Source: Hormiphora californensis (Eukaryota > Animalia > Ctenophora). Taken from it: a stretch of DNA of 64,000 nt. A program made the translations under genes and the position numbers. The stretch covers positions 124,001 through 188,000 of the forward strand of contig CM035351.1 in the NCBI GenBank assembly GCA_020137815.1, written 5' to 3'. The notes beneath the pieces are model-generated. The model had not been told where the DNA came from. It searched no databases and saw only the letters and a program-made list of their open reading frames with translations. Of the stretch, positions 39,466-49,663 are shown piece after piece (position 1 is the first letter of the stretch; each line of letters starts with the position of its first letter).

Positions 39466-41766
39466 CTATTTGTCCGTGGCTGCACTTATGGCTGGTGGCG
39501 TCTTACTCAACCGAGGATATAAGGAGGCCGTAAAAGGGATCACTGGTGCCGATGCTGGTGTGCCCGTTTTGACAGCCTGAGAGCCCCCTTTTAGCCCCGA
39601 GTCCCCTTTCCCCAATGTGAACGCTTTCCCGAATGCCCGAACCCCAGTTGTCCGAACCGGTGCCGTGTCCCCCTCCGGAAGCCCCTGCCGCTCCTCCTGG
39701 CCGGCCTCCACAGGCCCGGAAATCTGCAGCGTCCTCCATCCGCGTAGTTCCGCCTTGTATCTTCCCACCCGCGCATTCCAATGACTACATGCTATGAGGC
39801 CGAATGATATGACATTCAATGCTATCCCGATCAGGCTGACTATATCCAGCCATCCCCACTCTCCTCCTTCCTCCCGAACCATCCGAACTGCCCAGGCCAG
39901 ATCCTCTTGGGTTTGTTCCTGTTCCGTCAGCTGCTTAGCCAGTCTGGTGACATTGCCTGTGTCCAATACCCTCGAGGTTGCCTGCAGATGCTCCTCCCAA
40001 GCCTTGACGTCGGGTAGCTGTAGCTCCTGGTGCAGTGCTACCTCTCTGCTAGACGCCATCATCCTGTGATTAATCATCAAATATGAATAATCAAGCCATG
40101 AATAGAAGCCCGTCCGATTGCTTTCGATTTCCTGGAACGTAAGTCCGCCCTGGTTCCCCGCCTGGATGCCCCTAACCGGTGTTTCACTGAAGACGAGGGC
40201 TCCGGCTACTGTGAAGACTGTGCGGTCCTCACATACGGCCAATTTAGATTTACACTCTCTTCTCCCGTTGAGGCACATTGCCGGAACGTGTTCTTCTACA
40301 GCATTGCCGTGAGTTGGTCTAAGACAAATCTTTAATAATGCGTCCCTGTCGTAACACCCGTCGCCTGGTCTGACCTCATAAAATCGGTCCCCGATGCGAT
40401 ATACTTCATCGGCCATTTCAAAAAGTAGACAGGTGTGGTTAACCTTGATGCCCACTTGTGCCACCGAATACCTCGGATACACGCTGCCCGGCTGTAACAG
40501 AGGAACTGTCATCACAAAGTGGAACTTCCAGCTGAAATCATTTCTCTGCATGCCCATCAGCGTCATTTTGCCCAAAGTATAAATGGTTTCGGGCTGCCCG
40601 ATAAAAATTGAGCCCTGGAAAACCGGATTTTCCTGCACCAACCTCTCCAAGCTTGCCAATTTTAGGAGTTCCGGCAGAACCCCTATGGTTAACTCGTTGG
40701 CCAAGACCCCCGATAGTATGGTACGTGTATGTCGTTCCCATTGTCCAATCTTCCTCTCCAGTGCAGGCTGGTATGATAGCCAGCTCACATCACAAGCCAT
40801 TGCCTTTAACTCCCCTTCGAACCCCTGGAACAGTTCAATCACATCCCTGTTGAATTTTAGCTGGTGTTCAAACTGCCGTTGTGCTGTGTTCGCAAACTCT
40901 GCAAACTGTCCCCTCAGCTCGCGCAGGTGTTTCCTCATCCGTATTCCCTCCCATAATGTAGCTCCTAGCCCCACCACTGGAAGTGCCATGCCCACCGCCA
41001 ACAAGCTACGTTTCTCGTGCCCGGTGCTGCCCTGTTCCTCGCCCCCTAATTGGTACGCCTTTTTTAACGTATCAAAGTTATTCAGAGACGTCTGCCATAA
41101 GGCCTCCTGATCCGCCTCTGTCCGCTCCCTAAAACCTGCCGCCAGGTCCGGCTCATCGTAGTGCTCGCGGCATCGGTCCTCGACCACTGTCCATTTCTTG
41201 AGATTCAAAGTCTGCCATGTTGCCCACTGTCGTCCTTGTAGGTTTGCGTTGTCCAGGATATCCCTGTCTTCTTGCTTGCTTTCGCGATAATCTTTGAAGT
41301 TAACTCGACACTGTCCCTCCGATTCCCGGAATGCACAGTTTTCGCCCTTCATCCGAATGCACCATTGTATGCACTTGGTCCAATTGTCCGTTAGTTCATC
41401 GTTCTGGAGCCCGTTTAGTTTAATCAACAACGCCGTAGTGCCGAACCGCTGTCTGTCCTTCTCCTGCATCTTTTCTACCCACTCCTCATCTATCCTGCAT
41501 TTTTGCCACCAGCTGACCCTACACAAACCCACTGTTGGCCAAGTTGGAATCGGTAAGTCGATAAAAAGAGAAGCGAAGATACTGTCCCCACCGCTGCCCA
41601 GGAAACCCACGGGCTGCAAGGCGACCCCCAAGTCTGTCATAACGAGTGGCTCCGTTGAGAGCTCAAGTTGTCTGTGATCCATGCCTGCTGCGCCCACCTG
41701 CCTGCCCGCCAACCCACTCAGCACTGCCACATAAACACATACAACCGACGCTACTGATGCTGCCAT
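39466..41766 (-). CDS. env: Envelope glycoprotein, class I fusion (F-type) architecture, 766 aa
   Basis: Signal peptide; HEKR followed by hydrophobic fusion peptide SLLAVGMALPVVGLGATLW; heptad repeats; Cys-rich region; N-glycosylation sequons; TM WLDIVSLIGIALNVISFGLIA; located between pol and the 3' LTR. Confidence 0.88.
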   Translation of the reverse strand: MAASVASVVCVYVAVLSGLAGRQVGAAGMDHRQLELSTEPLVMTDLGVALQPVGFLGSGGDSIFASLFIDLPIPTWPTVGLCRVSWWQKCRIDEEWVEKMQEKDRQRFGTTALLIKLNGLQNDELTDNWTKCIQWCIRMKGENCAFRESEGQCRVNFKDYRESKQEDRDILDNANLQGRQWATWQTLNLKKWTVVEDRCREHYDEPDLAAGFRERTEADQEALWQTSLNNFDTLKKAYQLGGEEQGSTGHEKRSLLAVGMALPVVGLGATLWEGIRMRKHLRELRGQFAEFANTAQRQFEHQLKFNRDVIELFQGFEGELKAMACDVSWLSYQPALERKIGQWERHTRTILSGVLANELTIGVLPELLKLASLERLVQENPVFQGSIFIGQPETIYTLGKMTLMGMQRNDFSWKFHFVMTVPLLQPGSVYPRYSVAQVGIKVNHTCLLFEMADEVYRIGDRFYEVRPGDGCYDRDALLKICLRPTHGNAVEEHVPAMCLNGRRECKSKLAVCEDRTVFTVAGALVFSETPVRGIQAGNQGGLTFQEIESNRTGFYSWLDYSYLMINHRMMASSREVALHQELQLPDVKAWEEHLQATSRVLDTGNVTRLAKQLTEQEQTQEDLAWAVRMVREEGGEWGWLDIVSLIGIALNVISFGLIACSHWNARVGRYKAELRGWRTLQISGPVEAGQEERQGLPEGDTAPVRTTGVRAFGKAFTLGKGDSGLKGGSQAVKTGTPASAPVIPFTASLYPRLSKTPPAISAATDK

Positions 41767-42805
41767 AAAACGTACTTTTTCTGCTAAAACGAGGCGTGGT
41801 TAGAATTATTTCAATAATCTTCGGCTCTGGCACACATTTTGGATTATATTACTCTCACATATTTTGTCAAAAACTTATCTCTCCGATATGCGCTTCTAAG
41901 TTTTTATAGACGGGATGGGCACATACCGTCGTCTCACCCCCCCCTTGAAAAGACGCCTTTGCAGAAAAATGACGTTTCTGTAACCGCTCCCAATACGCAT
42001 TTTCGTTTAACCTTTCCCATACCTCCATAACCACACCCCAGGTGCCTGCGCCACCTTGTTTACGTCTCCCCCTGATTATATTTCCACCGTCCGTTTCTAT
42101 GAACATTCCTCCCATTTATCTACAGTACAATATCAATATTTGTATAATTTTAGGCACCTATGCATATTTACGGCTCCCCCGCCGTCCCCCGGTCGACCGC
42201 CGTGCCCCCGTTTAAGGTCTACATCCATCAGCTTTGAATTCATCTCCCACCGTCCGTAATTTAATATGAATGAGGTCGGGCGCTACTCCGATCCCCCTCT
42301 AATGCGTTTTCTGGCCGTCCCAACCCTGGCCTATCCCAATAATTCCCACCACATGCTTAGCTACCAACCGACCAATCCAGCCAACTAGCCAGCATGCCCC
42401 AATTTTCGCGCACGGCATTATTGATGTGTCGGGATTTGACACACCCCCACCGATAGGTTGGTCATACCCACGTTTTACCTTTTCCTGGTACCCCGTTTTA
42501 ATAACCAACCTATAGGGGTGGATAACTAACCTACAATAGTTCAGCACGTTTTGTCCGCGATGCGCTGATTACATCCATGGACAAAACTCTAAAGAGGATT
42601 AGAAACCCGATCGCATATATGCTAGTTTCCCAAATTTCTTGGGAGAGGTGATAAACCTTCTGTGTGCCAGGACCCAAAATAGCACTACAGTCGAAAACGC
42701 ATTAACAAAGCTGATATAGGTGAAAACAGGAATATGCATATATGTATGATATGTATAATTGTACAAGTTGAGATAAAATTCCACACACGAATGATAAATA
42801 CACAT

Positions 42806-45800
42806 TCAATTGACCGAGTACTGATATCTCACGGGTTTTTTAATAACACGTTTAGAGCGTCTTAATAAACCATCCCTATGAATCCCCACCTGTCCCGGTC
42901 CCAAGTCTGATCCGTCATCTGTTTTCATGTCGGCCCTCCAAGACTTGCTATCCTGTTCCCGTCGTTTGCTTGATTTTTTAATCTTCTCCCCCTTGTTTTG
43001 TCTTCCCATCACCCACACGGGTCTGTTCGACTCGTGTTGTCTACCTGTAAGTCTCCAACCTGGTTCTTGCCAGGATCGGCCAATTATTGGCTTAGTGACT
43101 TCCCCCCGGTCATGTAAGCCTTCCCTATACCCCGTGTTTCTCAGTGTCAGTGGTGGTTCGTCATGTGGTGTCGTTAGATGTTCGCTGGTTGATGTTCCCA
43201 GTGGTGCGGTTCCCCCTTCGCCTATAGTGACCTTCCTTCCGAGTGGTTCCTTTGTGTCTTCTCCCTCAGAGCTATCCTCCTCCTCTGACGAGCTGTCACT
43301 AAAAGGTTCATCCTCTGTAGGATGTCCTGCTCTGTCAGTATGGAGGAGTGAGCTCCCCGGGTTAGAGTCCTTAGTTTTACGCAAATTTACACCAGGCTTC
43401 ACCTTACGTAGTGCATCAAAATGAACTACCTCGTGTTTGCCCGTCTCTGCATCTTCCACGATGTAATTTTGTTCATTTATACATTTTGTGATTACCAAGG
43501 GACCTTTATACGTGTTTCTGAACTTTCGGTAATCCCTTATTTTTGCCGGCAAGGGCTTATACAACAGAACGTGGTCACCCACGCTATACGTAGTAAAGTT
43601 TACATTTTTATCGTAAGCCCGTTTTTGTAATTTCATTGCATGCCCCGTAGTGGCACGCACCAAATCAAAGACCTCCCTGAATTTATAATAGACCGCTGAT
43701 TTATACTGCTCTTTGTTTTCATAGAACTGAGACTGAGTGGTATCGAAGATAGCATCAGCCGCAGTTCTCACCGTGTAAGAAAACATTAGATCGTTGGCCG
43801 AATACTTAGTTGTGGAGCTTACCGCGTTGTTAAGAGCAAAGACAGCTACCGGTAATTTCTCCACCCATGTATCGGGTTTTTCCCCTACCAATTTTTTAAG
43901 AACCGCCACAACGTCTCTATGACGTCTTTCCACCTGCCCGTTGCCCTGTGGGTGATACGCCGTTGTACGCACCTTATTAATTTGTAAAACTTTATAAATT
44001 TCCTGTATGACCTTAGAGCTGTGCAAATTTGACGCTTGATCCGACAGCACGGTTTCCGGTACTCCAAAAATGAAGCACCATTTTTCCATGAATGCTCTAG
44101 CTATATTTTTGCTGGTGGCCTCTACCAAAGGACTCGCCATGAAGTATTTGGTGAATCGATCAATCATAGTAAGAATGTATTTAGGAATGCCCGGGGCCGG
44201 TGTAAACGGCCCTACTATGTCAATAGCTACACATGCGTTTGGTCTACCGACCTGAAACTGTTTAAGCGGTGCTCTCGGTTTTTTGAAGTATGCTTGGTTA
44301 TTCAGAAAGCACGCTTTACAGCACTGGCAATAATGCTCTATTTCTTTGTGCATGTTTGGCCAGTAGTAAGATTTGAGTACGTTATCTGTCGTACTCTTGC
44401 TGCCCATGTGCCCTGCGGTTGCGTTACTATGATAAGCCTTCAAGATCTCGTCGCGTTGCTCTTCCGGGACACAGATCAAGAGCCCAAATTTCTTAGATTT
44501 TGGCGTGTAACGTTTGTAACAGATCACATCGTTCTGGTTAATTATCAAGGATTCAAATTTGTTCCAATATTTTCGCAACTTAATGGTGAACGCCTTAGCC
44601 CATCTTCTGAGAGGTTTTTCTCCTTCTACCAGCCATTTCCGGACTTCCGTCAGCACGGTGTCCCCTAATTGTGATGCCCTCCATTTACCTGCCCTATCTG
44701 ATACCGAAGCCGTGGGATTATCCCAGGACCCAATGGGGTCCTTTTTTTTAATTTTTACCGCGGCGACGGCCGTCTCTTTTAAATCGGTGGCCTGAGAATT
44801 ACTGATATACCAGTCGTATAGCACGGACGAATGGGTGGGAGCCCGTACGTCTCTACTTAATAGGTCAGGGAGTTGCATCTGAACTCCGCTTTTGTGGACC
44901 AGTTCAAAATCATAGTCCGCCAGGGCTATTATCCACCTCAACATAACTGCCGAGGTAGTTTTTCTCAAGAATTTGTCCCCGGTGATCGCCTCCATGTCGA
45001 TCACAGCCTTAAATTCGGCGTTGATGAGGTAAAAGCGCCACTTCTCTATGAAGTATTTCAGGGCCAGGAACTCCCTTTTGAAACTTGGGTACTTTGACTC
45101 TGTTTCTGAAAGCACCTTGCTCCCATAGGCTATAGGCCTAAATTTCCCGTCTATTTCATGCCCTATGACGCCCCCTAAAGCAACCATACTTGCATCCGTG
45201 TACAGCACCATTTTCTTGGTGACGTCCGGAAAGATCATCACCTGCGGGCTACAGAGAGCCTCCTTCAGTTTCTCTACACTGGCCCTAGCTTCCTCCGTCA
45301 TTACGAAGTCTGGCCCTTTCAATGTGTCTGTAAGCCCTTTGGCCAGCAGTGCAAATTTCGGAATATGGGTCCTAAACCAAGAACAGGCCCCTAAAAACCG
45401 TTGCACTTGCTTCCGCGAAGCCGGCATTGCGATGTTCCTAACTGCTTCCGTTTTTTCCCCATCAGTCTCGACGCCGTTGACTGATAGGAACATGCCCAAA
45501 AATTTTATTTTCCTCTGAAAAAGTTGGCACTTCTTTGGATTCAGAGTCATACCCGCTTGGGTCACCCGGGTAAAAACCTCGTCTAAAATGGCACACATTT
45601 CCGTGAAAGTGGAGGCGCTCGCTATTATATCGTCGATGAAGCCAGCCGCCTTGTCCCCTTTCATGCCCTGCAAAATTTTGTCTAACAAGGCCTGATATGT
45701 ACTGGGCGAGCCTTTTAATCCCAAAGGCATCCTAACGAATTCGAAATGCCCGATGCCCGGAATGGTGAACGCCGTTCTATCCCTATGCTCAGGTGCCATT

Positions 45801-47071
45801 CCAATTTGAAAATAACTATCCTTGAAATCCAATGTGCTAAAAAGTTCTTTACCGGCCCAGTTGGCCGTTATCGAGTCTACTGCAGGCACGGCTGCATATG
45901 ACCTTTTAGAATGTTTGTTTAATTCTCGGTAATCGATTAGTAAGCGCCTTTTGCCCCCTCTCTTCATGAGAATTGCTGGGGACGAGAACTCACTAGAGCT
46001 CCGTTGTATAATGCCCGCATCCAAAAGTTCAGCCACTTCCTCTTCACAATCTTTGAAAAGATGGAAAGGCACCCTCCGATATTTGCAACGAATTACGGTA
46101 TCCCGTTCTGCCAGTGGGACGGTGTGCTGTATTAACGTCGTTAGTCCCAGCTGGTCCCTACCGAGGGCGAATACGCCCTCATGTTTACTCACTAGCTGTG
46201 TGGCCAAAAGTTTTTCATCTTCTGATAAGTTTGTGTTCTCGTTGAATTTCAAAGCCTCTAGAATTCCGTCTAGATTGGATTTGTCACCGTCTATCTGGAC
46301 GGTTTGTATTCTGTTTAAAGTTTCAATAACTTCTAAAGCTGTGCCCAGACAGACCTGCGGGGATATCTCCCAGTCTCCCCCTTCCCATTCATTGCGAAAC
46401 GGGAGACTGCAATACCCATTCTTTACTTCCATAGCCCATGAACAATTTGTGTCGCCTCCTATGTCTTCACTAGGGAACAGGGAGAAAACTCCCGTTATGT
46501 TTTCCCTTTCGTTAGCCTCGTTTTGCAAACGAGCCTCAGCCCAAATCATGCCTTCTGCTGGCACACAAATGGACTTTATTAGATGTACGTTTAGCGCCCT
46601 TTTGCCTTTTTTCTTACTCCCCGCTAGAAGAGGAGCCTTAAAATCAGGTCCAGTGACCAAATTTAAGTCAAAGTTTATTGTTGCCCTGGCTTCTCCCAGC
46701 CATTCGGTACCCAGGATCACGTGATCCCTTAGTTCCTTGACTACCAGGAAGTTTGTTACGAAGGGTTTGTCCCCTATTTTAAAAGGAACTTTATTTGCTC
46801 TATACAAAACGGGAAGGGAGATTCCCGAAATCCCCGTTATTAAGACGTGCTCAGCCGCCTTATCCGCTACCTTCTGTCTAAGGAACCACTCCTCACTACA
46901 TAAATTCCTAGCCGCACCACTGTCAACCAGCCCGTGAACTGTCCCATCCCTACCCATGATCCTAACGAACACTTGCCCCCCACATGAATTTATTTCGAGA
47001 AGAGAAACGTCCTTACACTCAGACCACTCCGACTGTCCGATTAACACCTCTCTTCTCTCTATTCGTTTTTT
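42806..47071 (-). CDS. pol: Pol polyprotein (protease-RT-RNase H-integrase), Ty3/Gypsy order, expressed by -1 frameshift from gag
   Basis: LVDSGA protease; LDFKDSYFQ and FIDDII RT; YTDAS RNase H; H-H-C-C and D,D,E integrase (IDIVGP, SDQ, GQVER); KGP motif. Confidence 0.97.
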   Translation of the reverse strand, partial: KKRIERREVLIGQSEWSECKDVSLLEINSCGGQVFVRIMGRDGTVHGLVDSGAARNLCSEEWFLRQKVADKAAEHVLITGISGISLPVLYRANKVPFKIGDKPFVTNFLVVKELRDHVILGTEWLGEARATINFDLNLVTGPDFKAPLLAGSKKKGKRALNVHLIKSICVPAEGMIWAEARLQNEANERENITGVFSLFPSEDIGGDTNCSWAMEVKNGYCSLPFRNEWEGGDWEISPQVCLGTALEVIETLNRIQTVQIDGDKSNLDGILEALKFNENTNLSEDEKLLATQLVSKHEGVFALGRDQLGLTTLIQHTVPLAERDTVIRCKYRRVPFHLFKDCEEEVAELLDAGIIQRSSSEFSSPAILMKRGGKRRLLIDYRELNKHSKRSYAAVPAVDSITANWAGKELFSTLDFKDSYFQIGMAPEHRDRTAFTIPGIGHFEFVRMPLGLKGSPSTYQALLDKILQGMKGDKAAGFIDDIIASASTFTEMCAILDEVFTRVTQAGMTLNPKKCQLFQRKIKFLGMFLSVNGVETDGEKTEAVRNIAMPASRKQVQRFLGACSWFRTHIPKFALLAKGLTDTLKGPDFVMTEEARASVEKLKEALCSPQVMIFPDVTKKMVLYTDASMVALGGVIGHEIDGKFRPIAYGSKVLSETESKYPSFKREFLALKYFIEKWRFYLINAEFKAVIDMEAITGDKFLRKTTSAVMLRWIIALADYDFELVHKSGVQMQLPDLLSRDVRAPTHSSVLYDWYISNSQATDLKETAVAAVKIKKKDPIGSWDNPTASVSDRAGKWRASQLGDTVLTEVRKWLVEGEKPLRRWAKAFTIKLRKYWNKFESLIINQNDVICYKRYTPKSKKFGLLICVPEEQRDEILKAYHSNATAGHMGSKSTTDNVLKSYYWPNMHKEIEHYCQCCKACFLNNQAYFKKPRAPLKQFQVGRPNACVAIDIVGPFTPAPGIPKYILTMIDRFTKYFMASPLVEATSKNIARAFMEKWCFIFGVPETVLSDQASNLHSSKVIQEIYKVLQINKVRTTAYHPQGNGQVERRHRDVVAVLKKLVGEKPDTWVEKLPVAVFALNNAVSSTTKYSANDLMFSYTVRTAADAIFDTTQSQFYENKEQYKSAVYYKFREVFDLVRATTGHAMKLQKRAYDKNVNFTTYSVGDHVLLYKPLPAKIRDYRKFRNTYKGPLVITKCINEQNYIVEDAETGKHEVVHFDALRKVKPGVNLRKTKDSNPGSSLLHTDRAGHPTEDEPFSDSSSEEEDSSEGEDTKEPLGRKVTIGEGGTAPLGTSTSEHLTTPHDEPPLTLRNTGYREGLHDRGEVTKPIIGRSWQEPGWRLTGRQHESNRPVWVMGRQNKGEKIKKSSKRREQDSKSWRADMKTDDGSDLGPGQVGIHRDGLLRRSKRVIKKPVRYQYSVN

Positions 47072-48426
47072 GATTCCCCTGCTTTATTAGCGGTAGGTGT
47101 CGAGCCTTCTTGGAAGGAGACTGCTCGAGGTCTCACATGCCACGGGTTGGGTTGAGCTTCCGCGACCCCACCTTGCTGCTGTCCCTGTCCCATCCAATGG
47201 TTATGCCGTCCTCGTCCCTGCCCGTTTCCGTTGAATCTGCCTCCCCGTGAAGGACTGTAGCCCTGTTGCCGATTGGGGTTGTATGAGCTGAACTGTGGGT
47301 TTGGGCCACCCGTGCCGCACTGCATGCACCTGTTGCGCCGGGCGAAATTATGAAACCCACATTCCTCGCAGAGCCAGTCCCCCACCTGTAGTTTGGCCTC
47401 GAACCTCCGCCCGTTGTACCCTCTGTTCTGTCCGCCCCACTGCCGAGCCTGCCCCTCCCATGGCCGGTGCTGCCTCTCCCCAGTTTGGCGAGGCCCCTCA
47501 TACTGTGCCTGTAGTGGAGCTCCTCCCTGGTTTGCCCGTGCCTCCCCTTGCCCTGCCGCCAGTACCGTGACCTCATTAAGCCCAGACACGTCGTTCCGTG
47601 CCGTTAAAGCCTTCTCCTTCCGGTCCATGTTTTCCACCAGGTCCGCGAAGGAGTCCCTCTCCAGCTTTTCCGCTATCTCACACGCGATCTTGTCGTCCCT
47701 GGCCCCGATCCATAGCGTGTCCTTCAGGAGCTGCTCCAACTCCGGGCCCTCCACGTCCCCCAGATCCGCTGCCTCCCTAAGTAGCCGATCCCCAAAGTCC
47801 CTAACCGTCTCCTCCAACTGCTGCTTCAGGGCCCGGAACCGTGAAATGGCCACCACTTTCAAATCGGGTGGGGCCAGCACTAAAACTACCCGCTCCAGGT
47901 AGGCCTCCCACGATTTGGCCTCGGACGCCTTCTTGTCCCCCCGTACTTTCAACGAGGACACTTCGTCCAAGTACGTCGGAAATATCTCACGTGCATCCTC
48001 TGTGGATATCTTGGCTGCCCTCCTATAGCCCTCCCATGCGTCCACGAATGCCCGCACGCTTTTGCCCTTCTTGAACGGCTCCGGCTTCCTCGCCAATTGA
48101 TGCCTCTTGGCCCTCCCCGTGCCCCACTCCGTCCCAATACCTCCCCTGGCCCCGACTGCCTCTGTTTTGATCCACTCCTCCTTCTCCTCCCGTAAGCCCT
48201 GTATCATCCTCTTGGCCCCCTCCAAGTCCCGTGCGTACCTTTCCTCATTCTCAGCTATCGCCTTGCCCGCCTGCTTCCTAACCTCCTCCACCTTCTCCAT
48301 GCCCTCCCCCATTCCCCTTGCCCGCGCCCTTTCCTGCTCCCGGAGCACCAGTTGACACAGCTCCTCGCCCTGGCCCTCGTTTAAGTTCAGTCCTTGAACG
48401 AATTCGTTGATAGAGATGCCCTCCAT
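47059..48426 (-). CDS. gag: Gag (coiled coil, capsid-like region, Gly/Arg/Gln-rich NC with RanBP2-type zinc finger)
   Basis: Directly upstream of pol; capsid-like PEPFK..., QQLEETVRDFGDRL major-homology-like motif; likely ATG at 48426. Confidence 0.9.
   Translation of the reverse strand: MEGISINEFVQGLNLNEGQGEELCQLVLREQERARARGMGEGMEKVEEVRKQAGKAIAENEERYARDLEGAKRMIQGLREEKEEWIKTEAVGARGGIGTEWGTGRAKRHQLARKPEPFKKGKSVRAFVDAWEGYRRAAKISTEDAREIFPTYLDEVSSLKVRGDKKASEAKSWEAYLERVVLVLAPPDLKVVAISRFRALKQQLEETVRDFGDRLLREAADLGDVEGPELEQLLKDTLWIGARDDKIACEIAEKLERDSFADLVENMDRKEKALTARNDVSGLNEVTVLAAGQGEARANQGGAPLQAQYEGPRQTGERQHRPWEGQARQWGGQNRGYNGRRFEAKLQVGDWLCEECGFHNFARRNRCMQCGTGGPNPQFSSYNPNRQQGYSPSRGGRFNGNGQGRGRHNHWMGQGQQQGGVAEAQPNPWHVRPRAVSFQEGSTPTANKAGESKNE
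47065..47071 (-). promoter_or_regulatory. -1 ribosomal frameshift slippery heptamer A AAA AAC
   Basis: gag ends ...TCA AAA AAC GAA TAG; the -1 frame is open into pol (RIERREVLIGQ). Confidence 0.85.
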
Positions 48427-48770
48427 GTTGTGTTCACTACAAGGAATAAGAGAAGAGGTTAGCAAACATAATAAACATATATATCTGAGGAGTGGGGTTG
48501 TAAAAGGGAAGAGGGAATCTGTTCTTTCAGGTGGGGGTTCAAGGGAAAAAGGGAGGGGAAATGTAACACTGAAAACACACGATTTTCCTCACTGAAAGTT
48601 AAAACTGATACGTTATAGATACATAAAAAGAAATACATAGAAAGTCCTGGACTCCAATGTTCCGGCCCGCTGATCCGTCAAACTCTGGTCCGGCCCACTG
48701 ATCCGGCTCGTGCTTCCCTTGATGAGTTCCAGTCCACTCCTGAATCGGCCGGCCTCACCTCCATCCCCTT

Positions 48771-49415
48771 CTACTCGGTTCCAAGGCCGCATATGGAGGC
48801 GATATGACCGTACGTTAAACACCGGGAACACTCGATCATTTGTTGAATGCGAGGCGGCTTTACGTTGTAGCGACCGAACGCCTCGTGATCCCGGCTGATG
48901 GTTTCCCGGCTGTCGGCCATTTCACGACGGTGCATACAGCGCACCCATGTGGCGTTTGTTGCCATCCTCCGGCCCTCCCTCCGCATCCTGGCATCCCTCT
49001 CCTCCCGCCTCCTCCGTGCCTCCACCGCCCTCCTCTCCCGTTCCTCCGCCTGAATCCTCTCCCGTGCCGCCGCCCTTGCCCTCATCAACCCCGCCACCTT
49101 GCCCCTCCTCGCCTCCTCCTCCAGCCTCAACGCCGCCAACTCCGCCCCTAACCGCCGATCCTCCGCCATCCAATCCTCCATCCGCCCCTCCTCCTGCCTG
49201 CCCGTCCCCGGCCCCTCCGACACCTGCCCAACCTCCTTCGCCTCCTCCGCCGGCACGCCCACTGCCTCCACCTCCACGCCTTCGTCCACCCCCTCCAGCT
49301 CATCTGCCCAGCTACCAATGTCCTCCTGCCACGTCTTCGTCACCACCACCGCCGCCGTCGCCGCCGCCTTCGCATCCGACACCTCCTCCGCCCGTTGGAT
49401 TTTGCTCGTGTTCAT
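48771..49415 (-). CDS. Accessory ORF-B, 214 aa: acidic N-terminus, Arg/Glu coiled coil, C-terminal CCHC zinc knuckle
   Basis: ATG preceded by a splice acceptor; CSRCLTYGHIASIC fits C-x2-C-x4-H-x4-C. Confidence 0.75.
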   Translation of the reverse strand: MNTSKIQRAEEVSDAKAAATAAVVVTKTWQEDIGSWADELEGVDEGVEVEAVGVPAEEAKEVGQVSEGPGTGRQEEGRMEDWMAEDRRLGAELAALRLEEEARRGKVAGLMRARAAARERIQAEERERRAVEARRRREERDARMRREGRRMATNATWVRCMHRREMADSRETISRDHEAFGRYNVKPPRIQQMIECSRCLTYGHIASICGLGTE

Positions 49416-49555
49416 AATGGTACTATAGAGGGAGAGAGAGAGAATATTAGATCAGCTGAAAGGTTACACGACACGCTAGGGGAAAGAATACATACAAAAA
49501 AAAGGGGGGGGGGGAAAGGGAGTGAGATAAAAACGCTGAGAGAGTATACACAAAT

Positions 49556-49557
<2 letters not shown>

Positions 49558-49592
<35 letters not shown>
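49558..49592 (-). other. Internal poly(A) tract (~35 nt) on the element's sense strand
   Basis: T run on the + strand ~70 nt downstream of the ORF-A stop. Confidence 0.9.
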
Positions 49593-49593
<1 letters not shown>

Positions 49594-49663
49594 ATAAAAG
49601 ATACAAGAGAATAAAAGGAACGATAACAAATATCCCTCAAATACAGCCATTATTTCCTCCCTC

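Noticed and set aside
39794-49428. Plus-strand ORFs antisense to env, pol, gag and ORF-B
   Set aside because: Shadow frames of real minus-strand coding sequence
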